Positions 1 through 21,560 of a stretch of DNA of 64,000 bases are shown here, piece after piece. Under the pieces are notes generated by a model. That model was not told where the DNA came from and ran no database searches. It was given only the letters and a program-made list of their open reading frames with translations. Source of the DNA: Zootoca vivipara (taxonomy: Eukaryota). The stretch spans positions 51,584,001-51,648,000 of the forward strand of contig NC_083278.1 in the NCBI RefSeq assembly GCF_963506605.1. Direction: 5' to 3'. Made by a program: the position numbers and the translations under genes. The number at the start of each line of letters is the position of its first letter. Position 1 is the stretch's first letter.

Positions 1-400
1 ATTGCTTCTGTAGTTATTTCTGTGGCTGTGAAGTTGTTGAAGTGGGATATGGGATATATATGCATAAAATAACAAATGGATGGATCTCAGATATCTCTAC
101 TTGTAGATTCTTCGTGCTTCCAAGTTGCTTTATATCCCTGGCAGCCTCACACTCTTTTGCAACATGCATGTCACAAGCACAGTGGAATCCTATGGTGTCA
201 AACGAGCTTATTCTTATTAAGAGTGTTTCTATGGTAGAGCATAAAATCTGTGCTGTTTAGGAGTCATGGAAATTATTCTAAGCTCAGGGTGTTCATTCAT
301 ATGGGCAAAGGAACTTCAACTGGATGAACTGCCCTCAAAAACTGAGATGTTAAGGGATAATGAGATGTTAATTTAAATAAGGCAAGACAAACATTTAATA

Positions 401-923
401 CTAGCTGACCCTGCACGTGTTGCTGTGCGTTAGTCTGTGAAATGGAGGGTAACAGCCCCCCTTCAGATCCCCCTGAGCCTCAGAGTCCCCCTGAGTCGAG
501 GCGAGATACTGTGGAGAGGGCAGGTTTCATCCCTGTGTCTCCCCCCACCCTGTTCTGACCCATTACGTATCCCTGCCCCCTATTCGGCCCACCATCCCCC
601 CCAGGCCTCCACTTGGCAATGTTGGGCCTTGTTGCTGGAAAAGGCCTGTTTTCAGTTGGCTTGGTTTTCAACACCTCTGCCGGATGGATGGATGTGAGTG
701 GTGGATCTCGTGGTGGAGGAGATCCACTTGAGGGCGCTCTTTTACTTTGTTGAAAAAGAGGTTTGTACCTGCGGAGGTGTGAGATTTGAGGGATTTTTTT
801 CTAACAACGCTCGGGGGGTGGCCTGGATCGTTGTGTCAAAATTTCAGGACGATCGGTCAAGTGGTTACGGAGATAAGTGGATCCCGCACTTTCACGATTT
901 TTACATTTTTATATATATATAGA
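401..923 (-). mobile_element. Non-autonomous Helitron
   Basis: Minus strand starts TC and ends CTAG, with a short subterminal hairpin. Inserted between A and T with no TSD. Empty site visible in copy B near 18655-18670. Confidence 0.8.
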
Positions 924-953
924 TGATCAAATAATAAATGTGGCATGGCCTAC

Positions 954-2118
954 TTTTCCTCTTCTGTTCCTTAATCCCTTGGGTACTAAATAGTAGGGCA
1001 GATGGGAAGCAAAGAGTCGTGGTGACAGTCGATTGACGTAATCCATATTGCGGACATTGGCCTCCAGCCATGGAGCTCTATCTAGTAAGTCTATGTGTTC
1101 AGTTCCATCTCGATGACCTTCATGCAGAATCAAGCTCAAAATATTTTGAGTCCATACTGTTCCTACGAATGAGGATAAGTTATTTAAGTAATTCAGTGCC
1201 ATCAATGTACATACTAGTTTACAGGGTAAAATTATTTTTTAAAAAACAACACGCCTCTCAATCATGGAGCTTACTATTTTAATTGCAAACGGTTAGAGAC
1301 AAGGAACGATGAGGAAGAAGAGAGTCAGAGGAAACACAGCAAGGGCAGGGATGGTTGAATAAGAGAATGTGAAGATTCACTGAGGCTTCCTTTCTATTGT
1401 GGATGAGAAATAGGAAGCCTTCACTATCTGAATTGCAACACTGACAAGAAATGAGGGAGAGGAAGGGAGTCATGGGAAACACAGCAAGCAGAGTTAGAAT
1501 TATGGACCTGGCTGCAGGGGTTGCCACCACTATGATATAAAATAGAAGGTGAGAGGTAGGGGGCACCAAATTTTGGTGTCACACAGAACACCACTGAAAT
1601 ACTGGCAGCAATGGGTGTATTAGGTTTTACTTTTCATTGTGGATGAGAAATGAGAAGTTCCAGCTCAAGCAGGCATGGCGATACTCGGCCCTCCAGCTGT
1701 TTTGGGACTACAATTCCTATCACCCCTGACCATTGGTCCTGTTAGCTATGGGTGGTGGGAGTTGTAGTCCCAAAACAGCTGGAGGGCCAGGTTTGGCCAT
1801 GCCTGAGCTAAAGGCTTCATAGAATTTGATGATTTGGGAAGACAGAACAATATTTGCTAATACGTTCCTTTCTTGTTCAGAAAGCTACCAAAAATGCCAT
1901 TCCAAATTCTTCTCAGAACATTATACAGGGTATCCATCATGGTTGAATAGCAATAATGGTTCTTCCTATGAAAATACACTCTTACCTGACTTTGGATAAG
2001 TGACTATAAATATATCACTGTCTCTTATTTCAAAATCCTCCAGGGAATCTAAGGAAACCAATTCTGCCGGGAAATAAAATCCTTTGTATGTGAAAAGGTG
2101 TTTCTCATGTGGTTGCAT
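954..2118 (-). CDS. SULT3A1: Amine sulfotransferase (SULT3A1-like), copy C, partial: coding exons 1-2; the rest lies left of the window
   Basis: Exons 2118-1986 (133 nt, MQPHEKHLF...TYPKS-G) and 1162-954 (209 nt, [11 protein letters not shown]...[24 protein letters not shown]), both with GT-AG boundaries. The TYPKSGT 5'-PSB motif spans the junction. Window bases 1-400 match the intron preceding exon 3 in copy B. Confidence 0.88.
1670..1805. mobile_element. ~135-bp palindromic hAT-type MITE
   Basis: CAGGCAT...ATGCCTG termini; 8-bp flanks agctcaag/agctaaag. Confidence 0.8.
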
Positions 2119-3069
2119 TGCCTGCATGAGGATAAAGAGATGAGAATGCTTCCCTCTATTATGCAACAATGGCAAATCACAAAGAAATAGAGGTGTCATT
2201 TTGTGAAATCCTACTCCTCTTGCAGATCTCATAGCAGAATCCCATGCTTCTCTTCCATCACAGATGAGCAACTTAAAGGTACATCATTTCAAGAACAGAC
2301 TTGGTTCATCATTGAGGCACAAAGCATTCACCCCTCCCCCACTTTAAGACTGTGGTGTTTTTTAAGTTGGTGCTGCTTTCAACTCAAAGCTGGCTTTGCC
2401 CTGCACAATTAGGCTTTTCTAGCCAGCTCTTTCACCCTGGCACAGTTGTTTGGTCAGTGCATGTGTGCAGCATGCAAAATAGCAGCCCTTGTCCTCACTT
2501 TATGCTGCCTGGCATCATAGTTTGGTCAGTGATGCTATCCTGACATTCATTCTTGTACTCGGGGGAGGTGGGAAGGAAGCAAAACACTGTCCCCTGCAAA
2601 TGGATCCAGGGGAAATGAAAGACTGAAGTCTGTTGGGAACTCTTGCCAATTCCTCCTGGGTGCTCGATCCACTTCAAGAAATTGGGATTATGTATTTTCT
2701 TGCCTGCCTGGGCCAAACCAGTTTTCCCTTCCGTGTTAGTCTCTGACTGTTTCTGGGGTTGTTGTAGAGATTTATTTCTGTTCTTCTCCCCCTACGACAG
2801 ACAGTGCATGCATGTGCATTTGCAAAATGAGTGGATGCTGGATGAATGGGACACATGGCTCTGTGTATGTTTGAGGAGGAATGGATGTGGAAGAGGGGGA
2901 AAGAGACAGGGTGGTAAAGAGAAAGGTGTTGCTCAATGCCCATTTAGCTTCCATTGCGAACTCTGACTGAAACTGCTACTGAAATGTGGTGCCCAAGCAC
3001 GTTCCATGGAGGGAATGGCTCAGCTTCATCTATGATAATACAGGGAGTTAACTACACATACAATGGGCC

Positions 3070-5403
3070 TTCCTACTCGCTGGATTATCACCTTGTCGTG
3101 GTGAGTGGGCTTGCATGTTCCTATGACCCTTGTGAGCGAAGCCGTCGGGAACCTCGTACTCCCAGCAGAGTCACCCAAGGCAGTAAGGTCAAAGAGAAGG
3201 AGCTAGACAAAGAATGATCCAAGAAGTCCTCAATGGCAGAACAGGCAGATGATAACAAGCAGTATGATACAATGGCTGTGAAGGCAGATGAAGGCTGCAG
3301 CAGATAGGAATCTACCGGTTTGTTGCGACTACTTCATGCCATCTGAACAGAGCCCTACTGCGAAGACTGTGCGTTGGTCAGCGAGCCACTGATCTACACA
3401 CATAAAACAAATTCACGCACAGGCATCTTTCAAAAACTGAACCCAAACCCCCAAAGTTCCATGGCGATTGGCAAATGGTAACGGGGGCAGGATCATGAAA
3501 TCTGGAAGCCCCTAGTCATGAACCGGCATATGGGCAGTGGATACAGATTCAGTCGTTCTGACTCAAAGAACAAGGCAGTTGAGCAGCTCGGCAGCTGTAT
3601 CCATGACTGAGCATTCCTTTTTAGGATCCACTCTGCTCACCCCAAAAAAGGGAAGGGGCTAGAAAAGGTGCCCTAAACATAGTCTGCCTCCCTTTTTCCC
3701 TGACTGGATTACAGCGCCCAGTGGGGTCACCTCCACCGGTTGTAAAAGACCATTGAACATTGGAACATGGAATATATATACTTTGTCAGATAACACAGAG
3801 AGCGAGTGTCCTGAACGCAGAACTTCCATCATTGCAAGAGTGCTGTGACGTTTTAACATCGATATTGCAGCGCTTCAAGAGACTCTCAGAGCAGGCGAGG
3901 GACATCTGAAGGAAGAAAAAGGAGGCTATACTTTCTTCTGGAAAGGTCTATCTGAACAAGAACACTGAATACATGGGGTAGGCTTCGCTATCAAAAACGA
4001 AGCTTCAAGAAAAATGCAGAGAGCAAAACTAACCCCTGTATATGGTGTATATTGACCTGACTAAGTCTTTCGACACTGTAAATCATAATGCCCTGTGGAC
4101 TGTCCTTCTGAAAATTGGCTCCCCATATTAATTTGTAAACATCATTCGGCTCCTCCTTGATAATATGACAGCAACAATCGCAGATAACAGTGGCTGTCAA
4201 AGTGAACCATTCACAGTGGGATCAGGTATTAAATAGGGTTGTGTTATTGCCCCAACTCTATTCATTATTTTCATTACCATGATCCTACACTTTGTCAAAG
4301 GGAAACTCCCCACCGGAGTAGAAATCATATATCGAACAGATGGAAAGCTCTTCAATCTGAGCAGGCTGAAAGCAAAGAGTAAGGTTACCGTAACTTCCGT
4401 CATAGAGCTTTAGTATGCTGATGACAACGTAGTGTGCGCACTCTCAGAGGATGACCTCCAAACCATCCTAAATATCTTTGCAGAAGCTTATGAAAAGCTT
4501 GGCCTATCACTCAACATCCAAAAAACCAGAGTGCTGCACCAACAAGTACAAAATAACCCCTCTGCAGCGTCACAAATCCAACTCAATGGTGTAACATTGG
4601 AAAATGTTGATTACTTCTCCTTCCTAGGCACAAGGGCCAACATTGATGCTGAAATCCAGCATTGCCTGAGCTCTGCGAGTGTAGCTTTCTCCCATTGAAG
4701 TGCAGAGTGTTTGAGGACTGGGACATTCGCAGGGAAACCAAAATGCTTGTTTACAAAGCTATTGTACTACCAACCTTACTATATGATTGTGAAACATAGA
4801 CCACTTATAAACGCCATCTTCAACTCCTTGAAAGATTCCATTAACGGTGTCTCCGAAAATTTTTACGCATCACTTGGGAAGACAGGCAAACTAATATCAG
4901 TGTACTGGAAGAAGCAAAGATCACCAGTGTTGAAGCAATGATACTTCAACTTCAACTTCGTTGGACTGGACCTGTTCTGCGGATGCCTGATGATCGTCTT
5001 CCAAAGCAACTACTCTATTACAAACTTAAAAATGGAAAGTGTAATGCTGGTGGTCAACAAAAGAGGTTTAAAGACTGCCTCAAGGCAAATCTTTAAAAAG
5101 TAGTATGAACACTGACAACTGGGAAACACTGGCCTGCGAGCTCTCCAGTTGGAGAACAGCCTTTACCAAAGGTGTCATGGGCTTTGAAGACACTCGAACA
5201 CAGGATGCAAGAGAGAAAAATGCAAAGAGGAAGGCACGCTTGGCAAATCCACACCGTGATCAACTCCCGCCCGGAAACCAATGTCCCCACTGTGGAAGGA
5301 TGTGTCGATCCAGAATTGGCCTCCACAGTCACCTACGGACTCATTGTTAAAACCATGTTTATGAAAGACAATCTTACTCGGCTACGAGTGATTGCCAAAG
5401 AAG
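3070..5403 (+). mobile_element. RTE-clade LINE, internally deleted and decayed
   Basis: Endonuclease N-terminal remnants, RT motif (YADD near 4414), C-terminal CPHC..H...H finger, GAA tail. TSD acaatgggcc at 3060-3069 and 5404-5413. Confidence 0.88.
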
Positions 5404-5684
5404 ACAATGGGCCATATTGGGGCAGGCATTCCAGTACCGAGACAGCACTGTCAAAATAGCCCTTTCTTTTTCTGTCTCCCCCCTGCTCCAAATTCTCTCT
5501 TCCGAAGTAGCATCTGACAAGGAAGGCTCTTGCAAGGGTGGGCTCAGTGAATGATATGAGGAGGTGGCCAATTGTTATGGGAGAAAGTTCAAGGTTCCAT
5601 TGGGTGCTGAGGAAACCAAAGTTGTCTCCAGTGTGTTGCTTGTCTTTTATACCTGTTGGGACATTTCAGGCCATAATATATAAT

Positions 5685-7045
5685 GTTGTTGTTGTTTAGT
5701 CGTTTAGTCGTGTCCAACTCTTTGTGACCCCATGGACCAGAGCATGCCAGGCACTCCTGTCTTCCACTGCCTCCCGCAGTTTGGTCAGACTCATGTTCGT
5801 AGCTTTGAGAACACTGTCCAACCATCTTGTCCTCTGTCGTCCCCTTCTCCTTGTGCCCTCCATCTTTCCCAACTTCAGGGTCTTTTCCATGGTGTCTTCT
5901 CTTCTCATGAGGTGGCCAAAGTATTGGAGCCTCAGTTTCAGGATCTGTCCTTCCAGTGAGAACTCAGGGCTGATTTCCTTCAGGATAGATAGGTTTGATC
6001 TTCTTGCAGTCCATGGGACTATCAAGAGTTTCCTCCAGCACCATAATTCAAAAGCATAAATTCTTTGGCGATCAGCCTTCTTTACAGTTCAGCTCTCACT
6101 TCCATACTGGGAAAACCATAGCTTTAACTATATGAACCTTTGTCGGCAACGTGATGTCTCTGAATTTTAAGATGCTGTCTAGGTTTGTCATTGCTTTTCT
6201 CTCAAGAAGCAGGCGTCTTTTGATTTTGTGACTGCTGTCAGCATCTGCAGTGATCAAGGAGCCCAAGAAAGTAAAATCTCTCACTGCCTCTATTTCTTCC
6301 CCTTCTACTTGCCAGGAGGTGATGGGACCAGTGGCCATGATCTTGGTTTTTTTGGTTTTTTTGGTTTTTTTGATGTTGAGCTTCAGACCATATTTTGCAC
6401 TCTCCTCTTTCACCCTCATTAAAAGGTTCTTTAATTCCTCCTCACTTTCTGCCATCAAGGTTGTGTCATCTGCATATCTGAGGTTGTTGATATTTCTTCC
6501 GGCAATCTTAATTCCAGTTTGGGATTCATCCAGTCCAGCCTTTCACATGATGTAATCTGCGTATAAGTTAAATAAGCAGGGAGACAATATACAGCCTTGC
6601 CGTACTCCTGTCCCAATTTTGAACCAATCAGTTGTTCCATATCCAGTTCTAACTGTAACTTCTTGTCCCACATAGAGATTTCTCAGGAGACAGATCTCCT
6701 TCATGGATCACTGCCTTGTCGTGGTGAGGGGGTTTGAATAACTCAGAGAAGCTATGACAGACATTCCCAAACTTCGGCCCTCCAGATGTTTTGGACTACA
6801 ATTCCCATCTTCCCCGGCCACTGGTCCTAGGGAGTTAGCTAGGGATCATGGGAGTTGTAGGCCAAAACATCTGGAGGGCCGCAGTTTGGGGATGCCTGAG
6901 CTATAAGCTATCCCGTGCAGGGCCACCCAAGACGGACAAGTCATAGTGAAGAGTTTTGACCAAATGTGATCCACCTGGAACAGGAACTGGCAAGCCACTC
7001 CAGTATCCCTGCCAAGAAAACTCCATGGACAAAGACAACAGGCAT
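5685..7045 (-). mobile_element. BovB (RTE) LINE 3' part with inverted 5' segment
   Basis: RT C-terminus (MAESEEELKNLLMRVKEES, ILKLRLQYFGHLMRR, HGVTKSWTRL) and (CAA)n tail on minus. BovB 5'-like sequence on plus at about 6700-7045. Flanking ataatatataat repeats. Confidence 0.85.
6758..6898. mobile_element. ~135-bp hAT-type MITE nested in the BovB 5' segment
   Basis: TIRs; flanks agctatga/agctataa. Confidence 0.8.
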
Positions 7046-7494
7046 ATAATATATAATATAATGCATCAAATCAAGATGTACCACCTTGTGACCTTTTAGA
7101 TGAATGGGTGCTTTATAAACATTTAAATAAATAAGTAAAAATAACACTGAAATCCATTGCTTATAATGGATAAAGAAATAAAGTGCCATTAAGCCTAAAA
7201 ATCACTTTAATTCTTGGGAGTAACAAGAAAAATACTCTGTATGATTTTCCAATATATAAATGAGCAAGGTTCCACTTGCACAAAAGGAGTTCACATTCAG
7301 TCCCCCAAAATAATTATTAATCTCTGGTAGCACAAATGTTGTACTGTGTGACACCAGAAAAGAATATGAATTGTGACAAGAGTTTTCATGCAAATATTTT
7401 GTTGCCCCACAGTACTCATGCAAGAAAGAATAAATTCCTTGTCTGTCATTTAGTAGTCCTGCTTTAACCTGGAAAGTTTTATTTACAACAAAAC

Positions 7495-7524
7495 TTACCT
7501 ACCTTTCGTTTTTAGAGACAAAAG

Positions 7525-7591
<67 letters not shown>

Positions 7592-7880
7592 CACTTCTAC
7601 AGCTAGGAGTACTGCAGCTTTTCAAGGCTCAAGTTCAGAGCTCTCCAGGAAACTGCTTTATAGAATTCTGTCAGCTGATAAGAGTTGGAATAAGCCAATG
7701 GCTCCTCCTTAGTAAATCATTCATGGCATGTTATGCAAGAAAAGAAAGGTAACACGGGTGCATAAAGGCTGATAATGTAAAGAACAACAGGGGGAAAAGT
7801 TTTCTTTGCACAAGGAACAGCCAATATCAACAGTGGTCTTAGTAAATAATTTCTGGCATGTTATGCAAGGAAAGAAAGAG
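7495..7880 (-). promoter_or_regulatory. Putative promoter and non-coding first exon of SULT copy C
   Basis: Minus-strand TATAAAG at 7656-7662, donor gtaagt near 7497, GATA, HNF1-like and C/EBP-like (TTATGCAA) motifs. Block conserved in all three paralogs. Confidence 0.55.
7525..7588. repeat. (GT)n(GA)n compound microsatellite
   Basis: Directly visible; falls inside the putative 5' UTR exon of copy C. Confidence 0.95.
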
Positions 7881-9855
7881 TACATCAAATATTTACTAAT
7901 AAGCCCACCACATTGAATAGTTTGGCAACAATATTTTCCACCCCTCAGAGATTGTGAAGGATTTTCAAAGTCCGCTTCAAAAACATTTCTGTGCTTGAAT
8001 GACTGTGGCAAGCTTCTAATTTATCAGGAAAAGTCATAGCTGATGTACCAGAAAAAAGTTGGGAAAAGCAGGTCTAAAATTCTCATGGCTCCTTTCCAAA
8101 GCATAGTTAGTAATTTCTCAGCTTCAGGAAGGAAGTGGGGAGGGTTCTAGGACTGTGCCAGAGTCTGAAACCTTCTTCATAAAGCCCAGCACCTCGCTTA
8201 GCTGTCTTTGGAAAGGCAGTGTGGTGGCTGTGGAGGGGGGTCACATTTTGTCTTCACTCTCTCCTCTCCCATGCAAGAAGTGCCACTCGTGGGTTCCATG
8301 TCAAAATCCGCTTGCGGCCCACTTGTTATGAAAAGTTGTGGTGCCCTCTTCTAGACTATTACTTCTGCGACTTGCTGGACAGCTTTCATTAATTATAGCC
8401 AGAATTACACGAAATCTATTTCCCAGTGAATGGTGCCATATTCAGAAATAGCTCGTTTTGGTTTTGCTTACCATGTGAAGCTAATATTTTTTTCAGGAAT
8501 ACCTTTGCATAGAAAAAGCCCTTGATATCTTCCCATGTTCTCCTTGCTAAACTGTCCAAATATATCCTGCAATCAACTTTCAACTTCTTGGGCACAAGTG
8601 GCTCCGGAACTATGTCTATCTCCCCATACCTCAGCTCTTTCCTGACAAAATCACATGTTTATGTCTTACCCCGCAAATACTTTATGCCTTACACTCCATC
8701 CCAAATATATTGGACTGAGAGATGTTTAAGTGCCCTTACAAGCCATCTCTGACGGAAAACTCAGAAAGGCCAGAGTATGGAATGCAGTGTGCCCAACACT
8801 GGAGAAGGCCCATCAAGTGTTCATGATGTCACATGCACGATGCCCCCCAACCCAGCCAGATCCACTCAGCTTGCCATCCACCAGGCACATTTTCTGGAGG
8901 GGGTGACCGGCTCCCCCCCAGCTCCCATCACAGTCTGGCTCCAGCGGAGTGGAGAGTTGGAGGCAGAGAACTGCTGCCCCTCTTCGCAACTAGGCAACAC
9001 TCCATGCAGTAGAAAGAGGCTGCCAGATGTGGCAGCTCCATCCCTGCTCAAGCATGACCTGAGGGATGACCTGAGGGATGCAGAGAGGCTGCGGCCTGCA
9101 AGGAATTGGAAGCACGGGGGGGTGTTCACCTTTTCAGGTCCCGCCCTGCTGAGCGCTCACCTGGCGGGGTGGTGAGGGTGGGGTCTTGCGGTGGGGTGGG
9201 TGGCAGCCCCCTCAATATTGTGGTGGGATTGAGCCCCATGCTCCAAAATATTGAAGGGGCTTAACCCCTGTCCACTCCATATACTCTGTGTCCCTGGCAC
9301 AGCTAGGCAGAGGCAAGTGGAGTCAGCAATTTGGAGAGGAAAAGAAAAAAAATCAATAGAGAGAGTTAGAGAAGGGAGACTTGAGAGTTTGGTTCTAGGG
9401 TTCAGCTCCTGAGCTCTGTGTGTGTGATATCCATTCTAAGGGGGGGGGAATCTACAGCCAGAGAAGGAAGACAGATTGAAGGGACGTGGTTAGTGTCATT
9501 AAAGAGTACCATATTTACACAATAGATAACCGCATCACCTCCTGCATCCCACCAAGACCCTCCCCAGGGTTATTCAGTGTTGGTATGAAAGGGTTAAGTT
9601 GTACGAACGCTCTGTCACTGAGCATTCTGGGAACATATGGGAATGCACAAGCCTCTGTATAAAAGGGAGAGTTTTTCTTTATGTGCCCCTCCCTGCAGCT
9701 GTTTTTTGGCTCTCCAAGTATGGAGTTTGTATCTTATCTTTGTTTTGAGAGTTGAGGCCTGTGTGCCGAGTCACTGATTTATGGCTTCCCCGGAGATGAA
9801 AGCATGCCTGCTGAATCTCCAGGGTGACTGCTAATAAAGCCTTATTAGTTAAAAG

Positions 9856-10243
9856 TCCAATTCAATACAAGCAACACGCAAGGGCACAAGATTCAATCAA
9901 GTTTCAATCAAGTATTATTAGTACAAAAAGAAAACAATAAGAGAACCATGTTATATAGCGGTCAGCAAAGTGGCAGCAGGTCGAACGAGGTGTCAATGGT
10001 AGACAGGCTGCCGGCGTTTTTCGCCTGTTTCGCCCATATGACGGGCTTCTTCAGTAGTTTCTCCTTCTGCTTTCAGTTATGTTTAAAGCATTCAAATTCG
10101 TATGAAACCACTTAACTTGGCTTAGGCCACAATGCTCAAGTTCTTTTACACAAGGTTCTCTCATGCGACTTTGATACATTTACATATACGTATTGTATTG
10201 GACTTTTGTAGAAATTGGCAGCATTAGCCCATTATTTCAGTGT
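9856..10243 (-). mobile_element. Penelope-like/retrozyme-like insertion with a hammerhead-like motif
   Basis: 14-bp direct repeat ttattagttaaaag at 9842-9855 and 10244-10257; hammerhead core on minus at 10000-10056. Confidence 0.55.
10000..10056 (-). ncRNA. Type I hammerhead-ribozyme-like motif (stem I degenerate)
   Basis: Minus: CTGAAGA-A-GCCC gtcatat GGGC-GAAA-CAGGC ... GCCTG-TC. Stems II and III pair and the GUC triplet is in place; stem I has only 2 bp. Confidence 0.5.
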
Positions 10244-11299
10244 TTATTAGTTAAAAGAGCATTCGAAGCCGTCCTAATTTAAGACTCTGTTCTACTCTTC
10301 TGTGCTCCTCAGCCGCTGTGCAAAAACAACTCTGCAAAGAGGCTTATTGGGCTGGAAGCGTGCCTTGACAGCCTTCATTGATGCCTCATTCATTATTATG
10401 TTAACATAAACTAATCAAAGTTTATGAACATTCAGTCCCATCTAAAACTCCTTCCATTGATCTTCAGGATCTAACCATTCCCCCCGTGACGTCTCCATGG
10501 GACTCATGACATCATTTGATAAGGTTTAAAGAGTAGCAGTGGGAACTCCTGATCCAGGTTCTGACTATGGCATCCAAAATTTGTTTTAACCCTTTCTATC
10601 TGCTCCATGATCCCAATGGAAATTCCCCCTTTACAATCTGACCCATGAAGGAGATTGCTATGGGCAGCAAACATACCCTGTCCATTTCCCCCACTTCTCC
10701 TCCCCACATATTCCAACGCAACCTCAAAAATGACTCTGCAGGGGTCAGGAGAACCCCAAGAACAGTGCAGAGGGAATGAAGGTTGGGGGGGGGGAGTTGT
10801 GCCACCTGGAATACTGAAATGTTTGTCTTGCAAACTGTAAAAACTGCAAAAGTGTGAAGTGGAATTCCACCAGCAATAAATAAATAAATAGATGACTTGA
10901 ATGAGGCAGTTGATTTACATTCCCATCTGCAACATGAATAGTTAGTTTTTTAAAACAATAATCTTTATTAATTTTCAATTACAATAATACGATGGTAGCC
11001 TCATTATAACAGTACTGAACTTTAATACAATTACTAATCCCAATAGTTAGTTTGGGATTCCTTGACTGTCACACATGGAGTCAGAAATTAGGACATGCTG
11101 GAATGTAGAAACAGAAGACGTTTACAGTACAAATGTAATTTTATTGTGGTGGTGTTTTTTTTTTAAAAAAAAATGCACATATTCAAACATTAGGAAGCTA
11201 TTAAGCTACATGAGGTTTTTTTTTACTAACTCTTGCAAATAGGCCTGAATTAGATGCATACAATGCACTTTATTGCATCCTTCCAAGCTGAAGGCAGAC

Positions 11300-20204
<8,905 letters not shown>

Positions 20205-20794
20205 TGCCTGTATAAGAATAAAGAGAAGAGAACATTTCCTTCTATTATGCGACAACGGGAAATCACAAAGAAATAGAGGTGTCATTTTGTGAAATCCTAC
20301 TCCTTTTGCAGATCTCATAGCAGAATCCCATGCTTCTCTTCCATCACAGGTGAGCAAAGGTACACCATTTAAAGAACAGAGACTTGGCTCATCATTGAGA
20401 CAACTCACCTAGCCTTTTTCACCTTTTTTCTTTTTTTGTTAGACCGAGGTGCCCTCCCGCTGCTCTTTAATTTTTCTTCATCTGACCCTTCCACATTCCT
20501 GAGAGAGCCCCTCTCCAGAGACAATCCACCTTGCTACTGTGCTGGCTTTGCCCTGGCACAAAAAGGTTTTTCTCTTTCACCCTGACTTGGTTGTTTCTCA
20601 AGTGCATGTGTGCAGCATGCAAAATAGCAGCCCTTGTCCTCACTTTATGCTGCCTGGCATCATAGTTTGGTCAGTGCTGCCATCCTGACACTCATTCCTG
20701 TACTCAGGGGAGGTGGGGAGGAAGCAAAAAACTGCCCCCTGCAAATTGAAAGCTTGCAAATTCCTCCTGGGTACTTTACCAACTTCATGGGTGG

Positions 20795-20845
<51 letters not shown>

Positions 20846-21347
20846 TGGGGCCAAACCAGTTTTCCTTTCAGTGTTAGCCTCTGACTGTTCCTCGCATTTT
20901 TGGAGAGATTTATTTCTGTTCTACCCCCCCCCCCCTACAACATACAGTGCCATTAAGGCTGGAAATCACTTTAATTCTCTATATATGTCTTGTGTTTCAT
21001 CGCTAAGAAATGCAACAATTGTTTAGTGGATGACATTGTATGTACAAAATAGTAACAAGAAAAATACTCCATTTGATTTTCCAATATACTGTATAAATTA
21101 AGGGTTGTATCCCATGCCGAATGAGCAGGGTTCCACTTGCACAATGGGAGTTCACATTTGGTCCCCTCAAAATAACTATTAATCTCTGATAGCACAAATG
21201 TTGCACTCCGTGTGATACCAGAAAATAATATGAATTGTGACAAGAGTTTCCATGCATCTGATGAAGTACCTTGTTGCCCCTCGGAACTCATGCAGGAAAG
21301 AGTTGTTTGTCCTGTTTTAACCTGGAAAGTTCAATTTACAACAAAAC

Positions 21348-21560
21348 TTACCTACCTTTTGTGTTTAGAGACAAAAAGTCTGGGGGAGAGAGAGAGAGGT
21401 CACTTCTGCAGCTTGGAGTATATAAGCTTTTCAAGGCTCAAGTTCAGAGCTCTCCAGGAAACTGCTTTATAGTATTCTGTTAGGTAATAAGAGTTTGATT
21501 AACCCGATGGCTCCTCCTTAGTAAATCATTCCTGGCATGTTATGCAAGAAAAGAAAGGTA
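21348..21560 (-). promoter_or_regulatory. Putative promoter and non-coding first exon of SULT copy B
   Basis: TATAAAG at 21465-21471 (minus), donor at 21351-21350, same upstream motifs. Coding exon 1 has an acceptor 3 nt before the ATG. Confidence 0.55.
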
